Shown: positions 24,683-34,747 of the stretch, in pieces | Numbering within the stretch: the stretch's first letter is position 1 | Layout of the letters: each line of letters begins with the position of its first letter | Assembly (NCBI GenBank): GCA_963796275.1 | Contig: CAWCKY010000006.1 | Span: 1,888,001 to 1,952,000, forward strand | Length of the DNA stretch: 64,000 nucleotides | Origin: an uncultured Acidobacteriota bacterium | Lineage (GTDB): Bacteria; Acidobacteriota; Blastocatellia; RBC074 | Reading direction: 5' to 3' | The notes under the pieces: model-generated | Database searches by the model: none | The model's input: only the letters and a program-made list of their open reading frames with translations | Told to the model about the DNA's origin: nothing | Position numbers and translations under genes: made by a program

Positions 24683-25618
24683 ATGGACAAACCTCGCATA
24701 TTCCTAGGCTCGTCAGGAAAACAGGAGAAGCTGCTCCAGGCACTGACGCGTGGTCTCGAAGACGTCGCGCACGTAAAGCCCTGGACGACATCCTTCAATC
24801 CCGGGACCACCACACTTGAACGCCTCCTCGAGCTCACCCGTGAAGTCGACTTCGCGGTCTTCGTGTTCGCTCAGGACGACTGGACGACTAACAGCCCGAA
24901 CAGCCCGCCGGAATCGCCTCAACCGGGGTCCGGTCAGGCTTCTCCGCGAGATAATGTCGTCTTCGAAGCCGGCCTTTTTGGCGGAGTCCTCGGAATGCGC
25001 CGAACCTTCATCCTCCATGCGAGCGGCTCGAAGCTTCCAAGCGATCTCCTCGGCCTCACGTCAGTCCGGTACGGCGGAGCCACCCCGGCAGAAATAAGAA
25101 TTATCAACCAGAAGCTCCGCAAGGCGATCGAGAACGAGGGCCGCGTGGCCCGTATCGATGGACTGTGGTGGCAATTTGCCCTGACGGAGCGCACCGCGAG
25201 GGAGCCTTCCGTCTTGAGCCTTATGAGGTTTTCGCGGGACCGCGACGGCGTGCTGGAGGTGGCCGGCCGTGCATGGCGAGAGGATGGCCGCCTGTCAGCG
25301 AGATACTGGAGCGAGGCGGTCAAGGAGAAGAAGGAGACTTCGTGCATCTTCTGGTATTGGAAGGGAGAACGGCCGCTGGACCCGGACGCGCCGCAGTTGG
25401 ACGGGACGGGAGAGATCCGGATGGAATCGGCTGAGCGCGGGTCCGGGTACTTCACGACTCATGCGGACACGCACCCGGGTGTGAAGACGCGGACGGCCGG
25501 TGTCTACTGGCGGGCCGATGCAGAGGACATGATCATCATGGACGGACGCGACGAGCAGAAGCGCGCGGAGCTGATCGCAGAGCGGCTGAGGCATTGGAAG
25601 TCGATCAAGGACACTTGA
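24683..25618 (+). CDS. TIR-domain (Cap12/Pycsar-effector-like) protein with a C-terminal beta-rich domain
   Basis: KPRIFLGSS, DFAVFVFAQDD, PRDNVVFEAGLF and KLPSDLLG motifs; GGAGG RBS. Confidence 0.88.
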   Translation: MDKPRIFLGSSGKQEKLLQALTRGLEDVAHVKPWTTSFNPGTTTLERLLELTREVDFAVFVFAQDDWTTNSPNSPPESPQPGSGQASPRDNVVFEAGLFGGVLGMRRTFILHASGSKLPSDLLGLTSVRYGGATPAEIRIINQKLRKAIENEGRVARIDGLWWQFALTERTAREPSVLSLMRFSRDRDGVLEVAGRAWREDGRLSARYWSEAVKEKKETSCIFWYWKGERPLDPDAPQLDGTGEIRMESAERGSGYFTTHADTHPGVKTRTAGVYWRADAEDMIIMDGRDEQKRAELIAERLRHWKSIKDT

Positions 25619-25999
25619 GATCAGCGCAGGGAAGGAGCCTGGAATTATGGTCACACGTGCGCCAGACCGTATATCCACGGTGAGCCTAACTCGAAAAAAC
25701 GCCGCATCTACGTTGGATAAATAGGGAATACGACCGCCGGCGGCCACCTACGATCTGGCGCGGTCCGTTTGCCGGTGCGCTGAGCGACGTAAGTATCTCG
25801 TAGCCGCCACCCGATTATTGGTCAAACTTTGAAGGAAGGTGGCGGCCGGGTGAACTCCCTGTTTGAAGGCATAGAGACTTGCCGAACGCCATAGTTTCTC
25901 CCAATGCCACCAATGCTCCCTTGCCCCATTTCCCCACGGCGATGCTGCTTTTCGCGCATCGAATTTGCGCCGATCAATTACATCCCCGTCCTGAGGCTA

Positions 26000-26479
26000 T
26001 CACTGCTGCTGTGTGACCGATCTTTTCGGATGGCTCTGCCAGATGATGTTGACGATCATCCATTTGCCATCGAATTTCGCCAGGTGCATGTAATCGATAC
26101 CCCACTCGGCCACCAGCTTTGCCGTCGCAGTCTGATCCAGCACATCGTAGACAGTGATCTCTTTCGGCGCGTCTTTCGGCAGATTGCCTTCTTTGTTGAA
26201 GTTCTTGGCGATCTCGATCAGACGCTCGAATGTCATCGATGCGCCTGGGCGGTACACCACGTCTGCCGCCGGGCGATAGAACCCGAGTTTAGCGAGTTTG
26301 GGATGCACGCTGCGCTCGATTCGCGATGGGTCAACGTTGTAGATGCCTTCGACATAATCGAGCGCCGCCTGCCGCACGGCTTCCCGGTCGAGATTATTTG
26401 CGGACCCTGTTTGCGCCTGCGCCGAACAGAACGGCAGAACGAACAACGTAGCGAGAGCCAGCAAAAATGATCTTTTCAT
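26000..26479 (-). CDS. Secreted NTF2-like (lumazine-binding-like) protein
   Basis: Signal peptide; ALDYVEG and ATAKLVAEWGIDYMHLAKFDGKWMIVNIIW motifs. Confidence 0.85.
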   Translation of the reverse strand: MKRSFLLALATLFVLPFCSAQAQTGSANNLDREAVRQAALDYVEGIYNVDPSRIERSVHPKLAKLGFYRPAADVVYRPGASMTFERLIEIAKNFNKEGNLPKDAPKEITVYDVLDQTATAKLVAEWGIDYMHLAKFDGKWMIVNIIWQSHPKRSVTQQQ

Positions 26480-26666
26480 ACTAAACCTCCATTGGATCGG
26501 AATTATTAAGAATGGGACCTTAACGCCACCTACGAATCCACCTTCGTTGCCCGCGGCGCCGGACCAAAAAACTGTTGTAAACGTAAGAGGCCGGACGCAC
26601 AGCTTCCGCGGGTGATCTCATCAGAGAATCGGTTCGCGGAGACACGCGTTCACATGCATCGAATAA

Positions 26667-26790
26667 TCAAACGCCGCGCCATAATTACCGAAAAACTAAA
26701 TTGCTATATTGCTTGGCTTAGAAGTTAGCTCGTTAGTCTAGGTCACCTCTATCGTGCGCTTCCGGGATTGCGGTGTCTCGATAATGGGAA
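26667..26790 (-). promoter_or_regulatory. Putative sigma54 promoter + UAS
   Basis: TGGCGC-N5-TTGA (26681-26667); 37-bp UAS at 26754-26790 is 29/37 identical to 30679-30715. Confidence 0.68.
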
Positions 26791-27061
26791 ATTCTGAAGG
26801 ACTTAAATCAAGATGACTCCATTTTGATTCCCCGCTGCCTGGCGAAGTGTAGACCGGCGCTACGCAAAGCTCTCACTCCGTGCTAAATTCATTCCCTCGC
26901 TTAAAGCAGGAGATTACTTTGGCCTTATTGGAAATTTATGGTGATGGAAGGTTGGGGAGATATTCTACGACACTCTGAAAAGCAATCCCGTAAAACGAGG
27001 CTTCACTCCAGCCGCATCTTTACAAAAGCGAATATGATCAGTTCTATCAGGGGGTGGGTTT

Positions 27062-28033
27062 GTGAAAGCACGAACAGCTGACCCGCCTTCACTCTCTACG
27101 CAAAAAGGAATCTGGCCGAAGCTGCTTTTTATCGCGGGGCTGGTTTTCGTCCTCACCCCATGGTCGTCGCCGCCGCTCGCCCTCACGCTCGGGTTGGTCT
27201 TCGGACTAACGATTACGCATCCGTACCACTCTTTTTCTCAGTCATTGTCCAAAATCCTGCTCCAAGTCTGTGTCGTGGGGCTGGGGTTTGGGATAAATCT
27301 GTACGATGTGTTGGAGGTTGGGCGGTCCGGCTTTCTTTACACCTTTATAAGCATCTGCTTCGTGCTAGCAGCGGGCTGGGCACTCGGCAGGCTCTTGAAA
27401 GTCGATCCTGCCAGCAGCTATCTCATTGCTGTTGGTACGGCGATTTGCGGCGGCAGCGCGATTGCGGCAGTGGGGCCGGTCATTGAAGCCACGGACGAAG
27501 AGATGTCTGTGTCGCTCGGCACCGTCTTCATTCTCAACTCAGTCGCGTTGTTAGTGTTCCCTGCGATCGGGAGATATGTTGGACTGACGCCCGAGCAGTT
27601 CGGCCTCTGGGCGGCGCTGGCGATCCACGACACCAGTTCGGTCGTCGGGGCTGGCATCAAATACGGAGCATCCGCGCTCTCTGTAGCGACAACGGTCAAA
27701 CTCGCACGCGCTTTGTGGATCGCGCCGGTGGCTCTGGCGACCGCCGCCTGCAAGCGGAGCGGCGCACAGATCAAATGGCCGTGGTTCATCATCCTTTTTA
27801 TCGCGGCCTCCGTGGTCAACACCTATTTACCGAGGGGTTCATCACTTTACAGTCAGATTACTATGTTGTCGAAGATAGGGTTGATCGTCACTCTCTATCT
27901 GATCGGCAGCAACATTTCTCGTTTGACTCTGCAAGTTGTCGGCGTGCGCCCGTTTTTGCAGGGCACTCTTTTATGGGTCCTCGTAAGCGTGCTATCGCTC
28001 GTCCTCGTTTATCTGGGCATCATCATTCTCTGA
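27062..28033 (+). CDS. YeiH / putative sulfate exporter family membrane protein
   Basis: GTAICGGSAIAA, FGLWAALAIHDTSSVVGA and ATTVKLARALWI motifs. Confidence 0.9.
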   Translation: MKARTADPPSLSTQKGIWPKLLFIAGLVFVLTPWSSPPLALTLGLVFGLTITHPYHSFSQSLSKILLQVCVVGLGFGINLYDVLEVGRSGFLYTFISICFVLAAGWALGRLLKVDPASSYLIAVGTAICGGSAIAAVGPVIEATDEEMSVSLGTVFILNSVALLVFPAIGRYVGLTPEQFGLWAALAIHDTSSVVGAGIKYGASALSVATTVKLARALWIAPVALATAACKRSGAQIKWPWFIILFIAASVVNTYLPRGSSLYSQITMLSKIGLIVTLYLIGSNISRLTLQVVGVRPFLQGTLLWVLVSVLSLVLVYLGIIIL

Positions 28034-28064
28034 TTATATAGTCCGGCGTGCGCGCGAAGGCGGT

Positions 28065-30503
28065 TTAGTCTATCCGGAGCGCAATCATCGGATCGACATT
28101 TGTCGCCCGCCGCGCCGGAATGTAACACGCCAGTAATGCCACCGACGCCAGCAACAATGACACGAGCGCGAATGTCAGCGGGTCGGTAGCGCTCACGCCG
28201 AACAAAAGGTCCTGCATCAAGCGCGTCAACGTCAGCGCACAGCCCAATCCGATCAGGACGCCGCATAACACCATCTTCATCCCCAGCCCGACGACCAGCT
28301 TCAACACGTCGCTCGACTGCGCTCCTAGAGCCATGCGGATGCCGATCTCCCTTTCTCTCTGATTGACGGCATACGAGATGACACCATAGATGCCGATAAC
28401 GGCCAGCAGTAAGGCCACGGCAGCGAAGCATCCCAACAAAGAGAGATTCAGTCGCTCGGGCGCAAGGGATATTGCTCGCCTCTCGGTCATCGTCCTCACG
28501 AAAAAGAGAGGTAACTCAGGGTCGAGCGCGAGGGCCTCCCGGCGCGCCGCGGCCATCATCGTTTCCGGCTCCAATGTCGTTTTGATCGCCACGGCGACGC
28601 CGTTGACCGGCATTTGCAGCAAGGGGACGTACGCTTGTACCAGTCCCTCCCGCTCGCCGAGCCGTTCCACTTTCACACGCGCTACCACGCCTACAACTGT
28701 AATTCCTGAGACTCGTTTGCCGATCGGATCTTCGTTCGGCCAATGCCGACGTGCGAACTCCTCGTCTACGATAATGGCGTTTACAGCGACATCCGAATGC
28801 TCGTCTGCGGTGCCGCCGGCGAATTCCGGATTGCGCAGATGGTCGAGATTGTCTTGTTCGGTGAAATAACGGCCGCGCAGGAGGGGAATGCCAAGCGCGC
28901 GAAAATAGTTGGGGCCGACCATGGACAATTCCATTGAAGGCGGGTGCCGTTCTCTCGGCTGACCATCGATATGAAACGATATCCGCATGCTTCTTCCAGC
29001 CAGGGGGAGCTGTGATGCGAAGGCGACATCCTCGGCGCCCGGCAATCCGCGCAGTTTTTCATGCAGACTGTGATAAAAGGCGAGTCGCTTCTCCATCGCG
29101 TCATACTTCCGCTCGGGAAGATCGATCCGGAAAGTCAGCACGCGTTCAGGTACGAAACCGGCATCGAGCTGCTGCAAGCGATAAAAGCTGCGCAGCAACA
29201 GGCCGGCTCCTATCAGCAGCACGAGCGTCAAAGCGACCTCCATCACGATCAGCGCCTGGCGCAGCACGCTGCGACCGGCCGTCGTGTTCCGGGTTGTATC
29301 CTTGAGCGCGCTCTGCACATCGACTCCGCTCGCCTGCCAGGCCGGCGTCATACCGAAGAGAATGCCGGTCAGCAAGGCTACCACGGCCGTGAAGACCAAT
29401 ACGCCTGTATCGAGACTGATCTCACTGACGCGCGGAATGACGCCCTGGGCGATGTTCAGAATCAGCGGCAGACCCCATAACGCTATCAACCATCCGAGCG
29501 CGCCGCCCGCCAGCGCGAGCAAGACGCTTTCGGTTAGCAATTGTCGTACGACCCGCCATCTTCCCGCGCCCAGGGCAATGCGCACGGCCATCTCTCTCTG
29601 TCGCGTCGCGGCGCGCGCCAGCAGCAGATTGGCGACGTTCGCGCACGCGATCAACAAGACCAGCCCGACCGCGCCCAGCAAGGTCCATAACGCAGTGCCT
29701 TTATCACCAACTGTGTTGTCGAGCAGCATCTCGATCTTTACACGGTCATCTCGTTCGTCGTTAGGCTGCTGGTCCAACCCACTGTAGATCGCATTCATCT
29801 CGGCCCGCGCCTGCTCAGTTGTAATGCCGGGATTGAGCCGGCCGATGCCGAACACCTGGTGGTTGCCGCGGTGTTGCCAATCGTCTGAGTTCGAAAGCGG
29901 TCCCACCGGCAACCATAAGTCAACGTTGCTATGCAGAGGAAAGGTGAAGTCGGCAGGCATCACGCCTACTACCGAGTGAGCGCGCCCGCTAAGCGTGATG
30001 AGCTGACCGATTATGCCGCTATCGCCTTCAAACCGGCCTCGCCATAGCCTGTGGCTCAGCACTACGACGGGCGGCGCGCCCGGCCTGTCTTCGTCGTTGT
30101 TGAAGACCCTCCCGATAGCGGCCGGCACACGCAGCGCGGGGAAGATATCAGCCGATATATGCCTGCAATTCAGGCGCAGCGGTTCGTCCCAGCCTGTCAG
30201 GTTGTAGCTTCGCCCGATATGTACGCCGATATTCTCGAAGACCTTCTGCTGTGCCCGCCAGTCGGTGAAGTTGCGGTAGGAGATCAACTCCACTCCGAAA
30301 TTTGTCCGGTGCTCCATCATCCATACCAATCGCCCGGATTCCGGATAGGGCAGCGGGCGTAGCAGCACCGCATTGACGACGCTGAAGATCGCTGTATTGG
30401 CACCGATTCCCAGCGCCAACATAAGTACGGCAATCAATGTAAAGCCGGGGTTCTTCCGTAGCATACGCACGCCGTAGCGCAGGTCTTGCCATAGGGTTTG
30501 CAT
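28065..30503 (-). CDS. ADOP-type ABC permease (short N-terminus)
   Basis: [21 protein letters not shown] ... [14 protein letters not shown]; 812 aa. Confidence 0.93.
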   Translation of the reverse strand: MQTLWQDLRYGVRMLRKNPGFTLIAVLMLALGIGANTAIFSVVNAVLLRPLPYPESGRLVWMMEHRTNFGVELISYRNFTDWRAQQKVFENIGVHIGRSYNLTGWDEPLRLNCRHISADIFPALRVPAAIGRVFNNDEDRPGAPPVVVLSHRLWRGRFEGDSGIIGQLITLSGRAHSVVGVMPADFTFPLHSNVDLWLPVGPLSNSDDWQHRGNHQVFGIGRLNPGITTEQARAEMNAIYSGLDQQPNDERDDRVKIEMLLDNTVGDKGTALWTLLGAVGLVLLIACANVANLLLARAATRQREMAVRIALGAGRWRVVRQLLTESVLLALAGGALGWLIALWGLPLILNIAQGVIPRVSEISLDTGVLVFTAVVALLTGILFGMTPAWQASGVDVQSALKDTTRNTTAGRSVLRQALIVMEVALTLVLLIGAGLLLRSFYRLQQLDAGFVPERVLTFRIDLPERKYDAMEKRLAFYHSLHEKLRGLPGAEDVAFASQLPLAGRSMRISFHIDGQPRERHPPSMELSMVGPNYFRALGIPLLRGRYFTEQDNLDHLRNPEFAGGTADEHSDVAVNAIIVDEEFARRHWPNEDPIGKRVSGITVVGVVARVKVERLGEREGLVQAYVPLLQMPVNGVAVAIKTTLEPETMMAAARREALALDPELPLFFVRTMTERRAISLAPERLNLSLLGCFAAVALLLAVIGIYGVISYAVNQREREIGIRMALGAQSSDVLKLVVGLGMKMVLCGVLIGLGCALTLTRLMQDLLFGVSATDPLTFALVSLLLASVALLACYIPARRATNVDPMIALRID

Positions 30504-30589
30504 AATTCCTCTTGAAGAGTAATGACGCGTTTCAGTGAAAATGTCATTTAATGAATACTTCAGGGAGAACGAGTTCCCTGTCTTTTAAA

Positions 30590-30715
30590 TCAAATGCCGC
30601 GCCATCATCGCTGCCAGTCTAAATGGTTGAAATGTTTAGCTTAGGAAAATGAGCCCAGAATGGTTCAACCCTTATGGCGTGCGCTTTTGGGATTGCATCG
30701 TCCCAATAACGGGAA
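30590..30715 (-). promoter_or_regulatory. Putative sigma54 promoter + IHF-like site + UAS
   Basis: TGGCGC-N5-TTGA (30604-30590); TTTCAA-N4-TTA; GGGAT-N6-GTCCCAA dyad. Confidence 0.68.
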
Positions 30716-30832
30716 ACTTCTGCATGATTTCAAATTTGATTGGAGCCGGGAAGCCGGCGATACTGCCGGCGAATCGGTACCGCAAGCAGTAGCGAGCGCC
30801 CACGAGGGCTAACAGGCGGCAGATGAGTGGCT

Positions 30833-31456
30833 TCAGGTCTGCACCAAGTAGGCCACGTCTCCGATAGCCTTGATCTTGCATTCGCCGATCAGATTCCGAA
30901 GCCGTTCCGGAGTGAAATGCTCGGAGATAAGGCCACCGCTGGTGAGGATATGTTCATTCGTAATCTCGATCACTTCGTGGCCGAAGTTCGCGTACCACTG
31001 GCGGCGATGTTCAACGGAGGTCGAAGCAAAGACCGAGATCAGTCGCGTACCAGCCTCGGGAGCCAGCCGTCTCATCTCGCCCAGTACCGCAAGCTTATCG
31101 CTCATCGTGCCCCAGGTGTTAGTGAGGCAGACCGCCGCATCAAACTGTGAGTCCAACGGCACACGCGTGGCATCTGCAACCAGAAAATAGAGCGGCCCGC
31201 CGGGCTTCAACCGGTTGGCCTCCGCAATATATGTCCATTCGTAGTCGATTCCGATGCCTAAGGAGATGGCGTCGAGCAACCCGATGAGATGACGGCCCGT
31301 CCCGCAGCCGAAGTCGATGACTCGCCCTCCACTAGGGAGGGACTCTCGAACAAGCTCTGCTTCGGCACGCATAAAAGCGCGGATGGCCTCCGGTTGTGTT
31401 ACAGGATCGAGTGCCTTATTCAGCAGACCGGTGGAATATACCTCATCGTTTGTCAT
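30833..31456 (-). CDS. Class I SAM-dependent methyltransferase
   Basis: VIDFGCGTG motif I, plus GID and ADA motifs; RBS before the ATG at 31456. Confidence 0.88.
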   Translation of the reverse strand: MTNDEVYSTGLLNKALDPVTQPEAIRAFMRAEAELVRESLPSGGRVIDFGCGTGRHLIGLLDAISLGIGIDYEWTYIAEANRLKPGGPLYFLVADATRVPLDSQFDAAVCLTNTWGTMSDKLAVLGEMRRLAPEAGTRLISVFASTSVEHRRQWYANFGHEVIEITNEHILTSGGLISEHFTPERLRNLIGECKIKAIGDVAYLVQT

Positions 31457-31555
31457 ATAAACCCTCCGGCAAATCATACCTAAGGAGTCGCAGTATTCTA
31501 ATGCCTATTTACCATTGTTTGTGTGTCTAAGATATCAAATCTCAAATTTGATATC

Positions 31556-34234
31556 TCAGAACTCGGAGCGCAGCGCTACCAATGGGTCAACCTTCGTTGC
31601 GCGTCGTGCCGGTATCCAGCAGGCCAGTAACGCCACAGCCAGTAGTAAAACAGCGATCACCACAAACGTCGAGGGATCATTGGCGATCACACCGAACAGC
31701 AAATTTTTCATCAACCGCGTCAACATGAATGAAGCCGTCAGGCCGAGGACAAGGCCAATCGCAACCAGGCGCATGCCCTGTTTAATGACCAGCTTAAGGA
31801 TGTCGGCTCTCTGCGCGCCCACCGCCATACGAATTCCGAACTCGCCCGTGCGTTGGGCGACGGAAACGGCGAGCACTCCGTAAACCCCGATCGCGGCCAT
31901 CAGCAGCGCGAGACCGGATAGCCAGTTCAGCAGTATGGCGCTGAAACGCGGTTGAGCCAGGTTCGCCGCAACCAGTTGATCCATCGTGGCGACGCGGGTC
32001 ACGGCCTGTGTGGGATCGAGCGCCGCAACTTCACGGCGCACGGCTGCCAGCATGGCGGAAGGATCGGTTGTCGTACGAACCGCGAAATGATTGACGAAAG
32101 CGCTCGGCCATTGCGCGAAGGGCAAGTATAGATCGAAACGAATATCCTGCAATTCGCGGTAACGAACATCGCCCGCTATCCCGACGATCGTCAGCCAGGG
32201 ATGTCTTTCCGCTCCTGTGCCGAGCATGAGGGCGAGCCGGAGACGCTTGCCTAGCGGATCGACGCCGGAGCCGAAAAGCGTCCTGGCCATCGTTTCGCTG
32301 ATGATGATCGCTGGCGGCGTCCGGTCATTATCCTGGTCGGTAAATTCGCGTCCGGCTTTGATGGGGATTCCGAAAGTGCGGAAGTAATGGGGGGTGACGG
32401 CTTCGAAGTTCGGCACGCGATTTTTTCGCGCTTCCGACTCCGATTGTCCTTCCACCATAAACGGCGTATCCCAGCCTACGGCGCCTTCCATCGGGCGGAT
32501 CAACACCGCGCTCGCCGCCGCAACGCCCGGTTGCGCTTCGAGCCGTTCGATCAGTTGCCGATAAAACTCTCTGCGAGCCTCGGGCCTGCCATATCGGCTG
32601 CCCTGAGCGCGCAGGTGCATGGTCAGTACGTTATGCGGATCGAAGCCAAGATTGACATTGCTGAGATTCACGAAGCTGCGCAGGATGAGAGTCGCACCAA
32701 TGAGCAAGATGACGGTCACGGCGACTTCGGCTATCACCAGTGCGCTGCGCGTGCGCAAGCCGGAACGCTCGCTCGATATTTTGCTCGCGCCTTCGTTGAG
32801 TGTTTGATTCAAATTGAGCCGTGAAACCGTCAGCGCGGGAACCAGCCCGAAGAGAATCCCAGTCAGAAGTGTGACTACGAGGCTGAAAAGCAACACGATC
32901 ACATTCAAGCCTGCCCCTTCGATGCGAGGGACGTCCGCGGGCGCGGCTTGCGCGAGCAATTTGATCAGCCAGTATGCGAGCGGCACCCCGCCTGCGCCGC
33001 CACAGAACGCGAGGATTAAACTTTCGCTCAACAATTGGCGAACCAGCCTGAGACGACCGGCTCCGAGCGCCGCCCGGACCGCAAATTCCCGTCGCCGAGC
33101 CGACGCTCGCGCCAGCATCAGGTTGGCGATATTGGCCGTGGCGATGAGCAGTAGCAAACCCGTCGCAGCCAGCAACAGCCAAAGCGCCGGGCGAGCGTCG
33201 CCCAACAGATGCGTGGCGAGCGACGTGATAACCACGCGATGCCCGGAGGCTTCGGTCTGAGGATACTGCGCGGCGAGACGCGAGATGATGGTATTCAACT
33301 CGACTTCGGCCTGCGTGATCGTTACTCCAGGGCTGAGCCTGCCGACAACTTGTAGAAAGGAGGCGCCGCGACTTTCAGCAATGCGAGGCGCGGTCGTTGT
33401 TCTGATGGGCAGCCACAAATCCACGCCTTGGGGATATTCGAATATCGCGGGCATCACGCCTATGACCGTAAACGCCTCTTCGGTCAGCGTGATGCTTTGT
33501 CCGATGATGTTCGGGTCAGAGCTGAATCGTTCGCGCCAGATGCGGTCACTGAGGATGACGACCTTCGGACCATTCACCTGGTCGTCGCTCTCGTTAAAGA
33601 TGCGCCCATAGGCGGGTTGCACGCCGAGCAGGGAAAAGAAACTCCCGGTCACCTTCGCGCTTTCAAGCTGCACTGGCTCGCCCCTGCCTGTCAGGACATA
33701 ACCATAGCCATACACTGTGGTCGGCATGGCTGCCAAACCGGTAAAACTCCTGGATTGTCCTTGCCAGTCCCTGACCTCAGCCAGCGCCAGTTCCACAAAA
33801 GGGTTGTTGGATGTCGTGTCCTTTTTCCACAGCACTACCAGTTGCTCTTGCTGCGCGAAAGGTAAAGGGCGCAGCAGCACGGTATGTACGATGCTGAAGA
33901 TCGCAGTGCAGGCGCCAATGCCCAGCGCCAGCGCCAGCACTGCGATAAATGTGAAGCCTGGTTTTTTCCACAACATTCGCGCGCCGTAACGCAGATCCTG
34001 GCGCGATTCATCGACCCAGCGTAAGCCTCGCGCGTCCCGGCTTCGCTCCTTCGACTGCTCCATTCCGCCAAAAGCCTTACGTGCGGCGTCGTGCGCCTCC
34101 TCCGGCCTCATTCCCAGCCGGATGTTCTGATCGGTTTGTTGCTCGACGTGGTAGCGCAATTCCTCGTCCAGCTCACGCTCGGCTCGCGACCTGTGCGCCA
34201 GGGCTCGCAGCGCTGACTTCAATCTGTTCAGCAT
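31556..34234 (-). CDS. ADOP-type ABC permease (long N-terminal prefix)
   Basis: ELDEELRYHVE...ARKAFGG..SKERSRDARG prefix; 892 aa. Confidence 0.93.
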   Translation of the reverse strand: MLNRLKSALRALAHRSRAERELDEELRYHVEQQTDQNIRLGMRPEEAHDAARKAFGGMEQSKERSRDARGLRWVDESRQDLRYGARMLWKKPGFTFIAVLALALGIGACTAIFSIVHTVLLRPLPFAQQEQLVVLWKKDTTSNNPFVELALAEVRDWQGQSRSFTGLAAMPTTVYGYGYVLTGRGEPVQLESAKVTGSFFSLLGVQPAYGRIFNESDDQVNGPKVVILSDRIWRERFSSDPNIIGQSITLTEEAFTVIGVMPAIFEYPQGVDLWLPIRTTTAPRIAESRGASFLQVVGRLSPGVTITQAEVELNTIISRLAAQYPQTEASGHRVVITSLATHLLGDARPALWLLLAATGLLLLIATANIANLMLARASARRREFAVRAALGAGRLRLVRQLLSESLILAFCGGAGGVPLAYWLIKLLAQAAPADVPRIEGAGLNVIVLLFSLVVTLLTGILFGLVPALTVSRLNLNQTLNEGASKISSERSGLRTRSALVIAEVAVTVILLIGATLILRSFVNLSNVNLGFDPHNVLTMHLRAQGSRYGRPEARREFYRQLIERLEAQPGVAAASAVLIRPMEGAVGWDTPFMVEGQSESEARKNRVPNFEAVTPHYFRTFGIPIKAGREFTDQDNDRTPPAIIISETMARTLFGSGVDPLGKRLRLALMLGTGAERHPWLTIVGIAGDVRYRELQDIRFDLYLPFAQWPSAFVNHFAVRTTTDPSAMLAAVRREVAALDPTQAVTRVATMDQLVAANLAQPRFSAILLNWLSGLALLMAAIGVYGVLAVSVAQRTGEFGIRMAVGAQRADILKLVIKQGMRLVAIGLVLGLTASFMLTRLMKNLLFGVIANDPSTFVVIAVLLLAVALLACWIPARRATKVDPLVALRSEF

Positions 34235-34250
34235 TCATGTCTCCTCAGAA

Positions 34251-34405
34251 AATCGCTTGGAGTTCCGCGTTTACGCGGTCTTCTCTTTTCGCATGCAATT
34301 TTCTGACCGCCTGAAGGCGGAACTCCAAACCAATCGCTTGGAGTTCCGCGTTTACGCGGTCGTTTCTTTCGGATGGTTTCCAACCGCCTGAAGGCGGAAC
34401 TCCAA
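34251..34405. repeat. BIME-like array of four REP palindromes (two inverted pairs, 81-bp period)
   Basis: TTGGAGTTCCGCGTTTACGCGG twice and CCGCCTGAAGGCGGAACTCCAA twice. Confidence 0.88.
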
Positions 34406-34450
34406 CGAGTAAAACTCCCAACACACCTTCATCCAGCCAAATGAACGACT

Positions 34451-34506
34451 CCTCTCGCTTCTCGATAGGCCGGAGAGTATAGGCTTACCAATCGGGTGTC
34501 AATAGG
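34451..34506 (-). promoter_or_regulatory. sigma70-type promoter with two putative PadR operators
   Basis: TTGACA-N17-TACTCT; each 19-bp operator differs from its counterpart in 5439-5494 by one base. Confidence 0.7.
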
Positions 34507-34747
34507 TGTACGGGGTGGAAACCTGAAACTCGCTCTTTTCCGGGCTCATACTTGAGACAAGCATCGCGCCACCTCTTTAATGATGCTCAAACGGCATCTC
34601 TTTTCGAGCACCCAGAGAAAAAAAGCAGCAATCATCGGAAAGACCGTTCTGTCGCATCTTGATTATCATTCCAAAAGCTAAGCGCGTGATCGCACAGAAA
34701 CGAAAAGAGGTGGCGGTCCGAGAGCGGAGAAGCGATCGAAGCAGAGA

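Noticed and set aside
25684-25810. attC site after the TIR gene (GCCTAAC at 25684)
   Set aside because: No complementary GTTAGGC or paired L boxes at a suitable distance, so cassette status of the TIR gene is unproven
25743-26535. GCCACCTACGA direct repeat flanking the NTF2 gene
   Set aside because: Only 11 bp with weak extension; compatible with chance
13404-34234. DGR-like diversification of the permease paralogs
   Set aside because: No reverse transcriptase and no TR/VR pair with adenine-specific mismatches
34251-34405. Possible mini-CRISPR array
   Set aside because: Repeats alternate in orientation and are REP-like palindromes; only two periods and no cas genes
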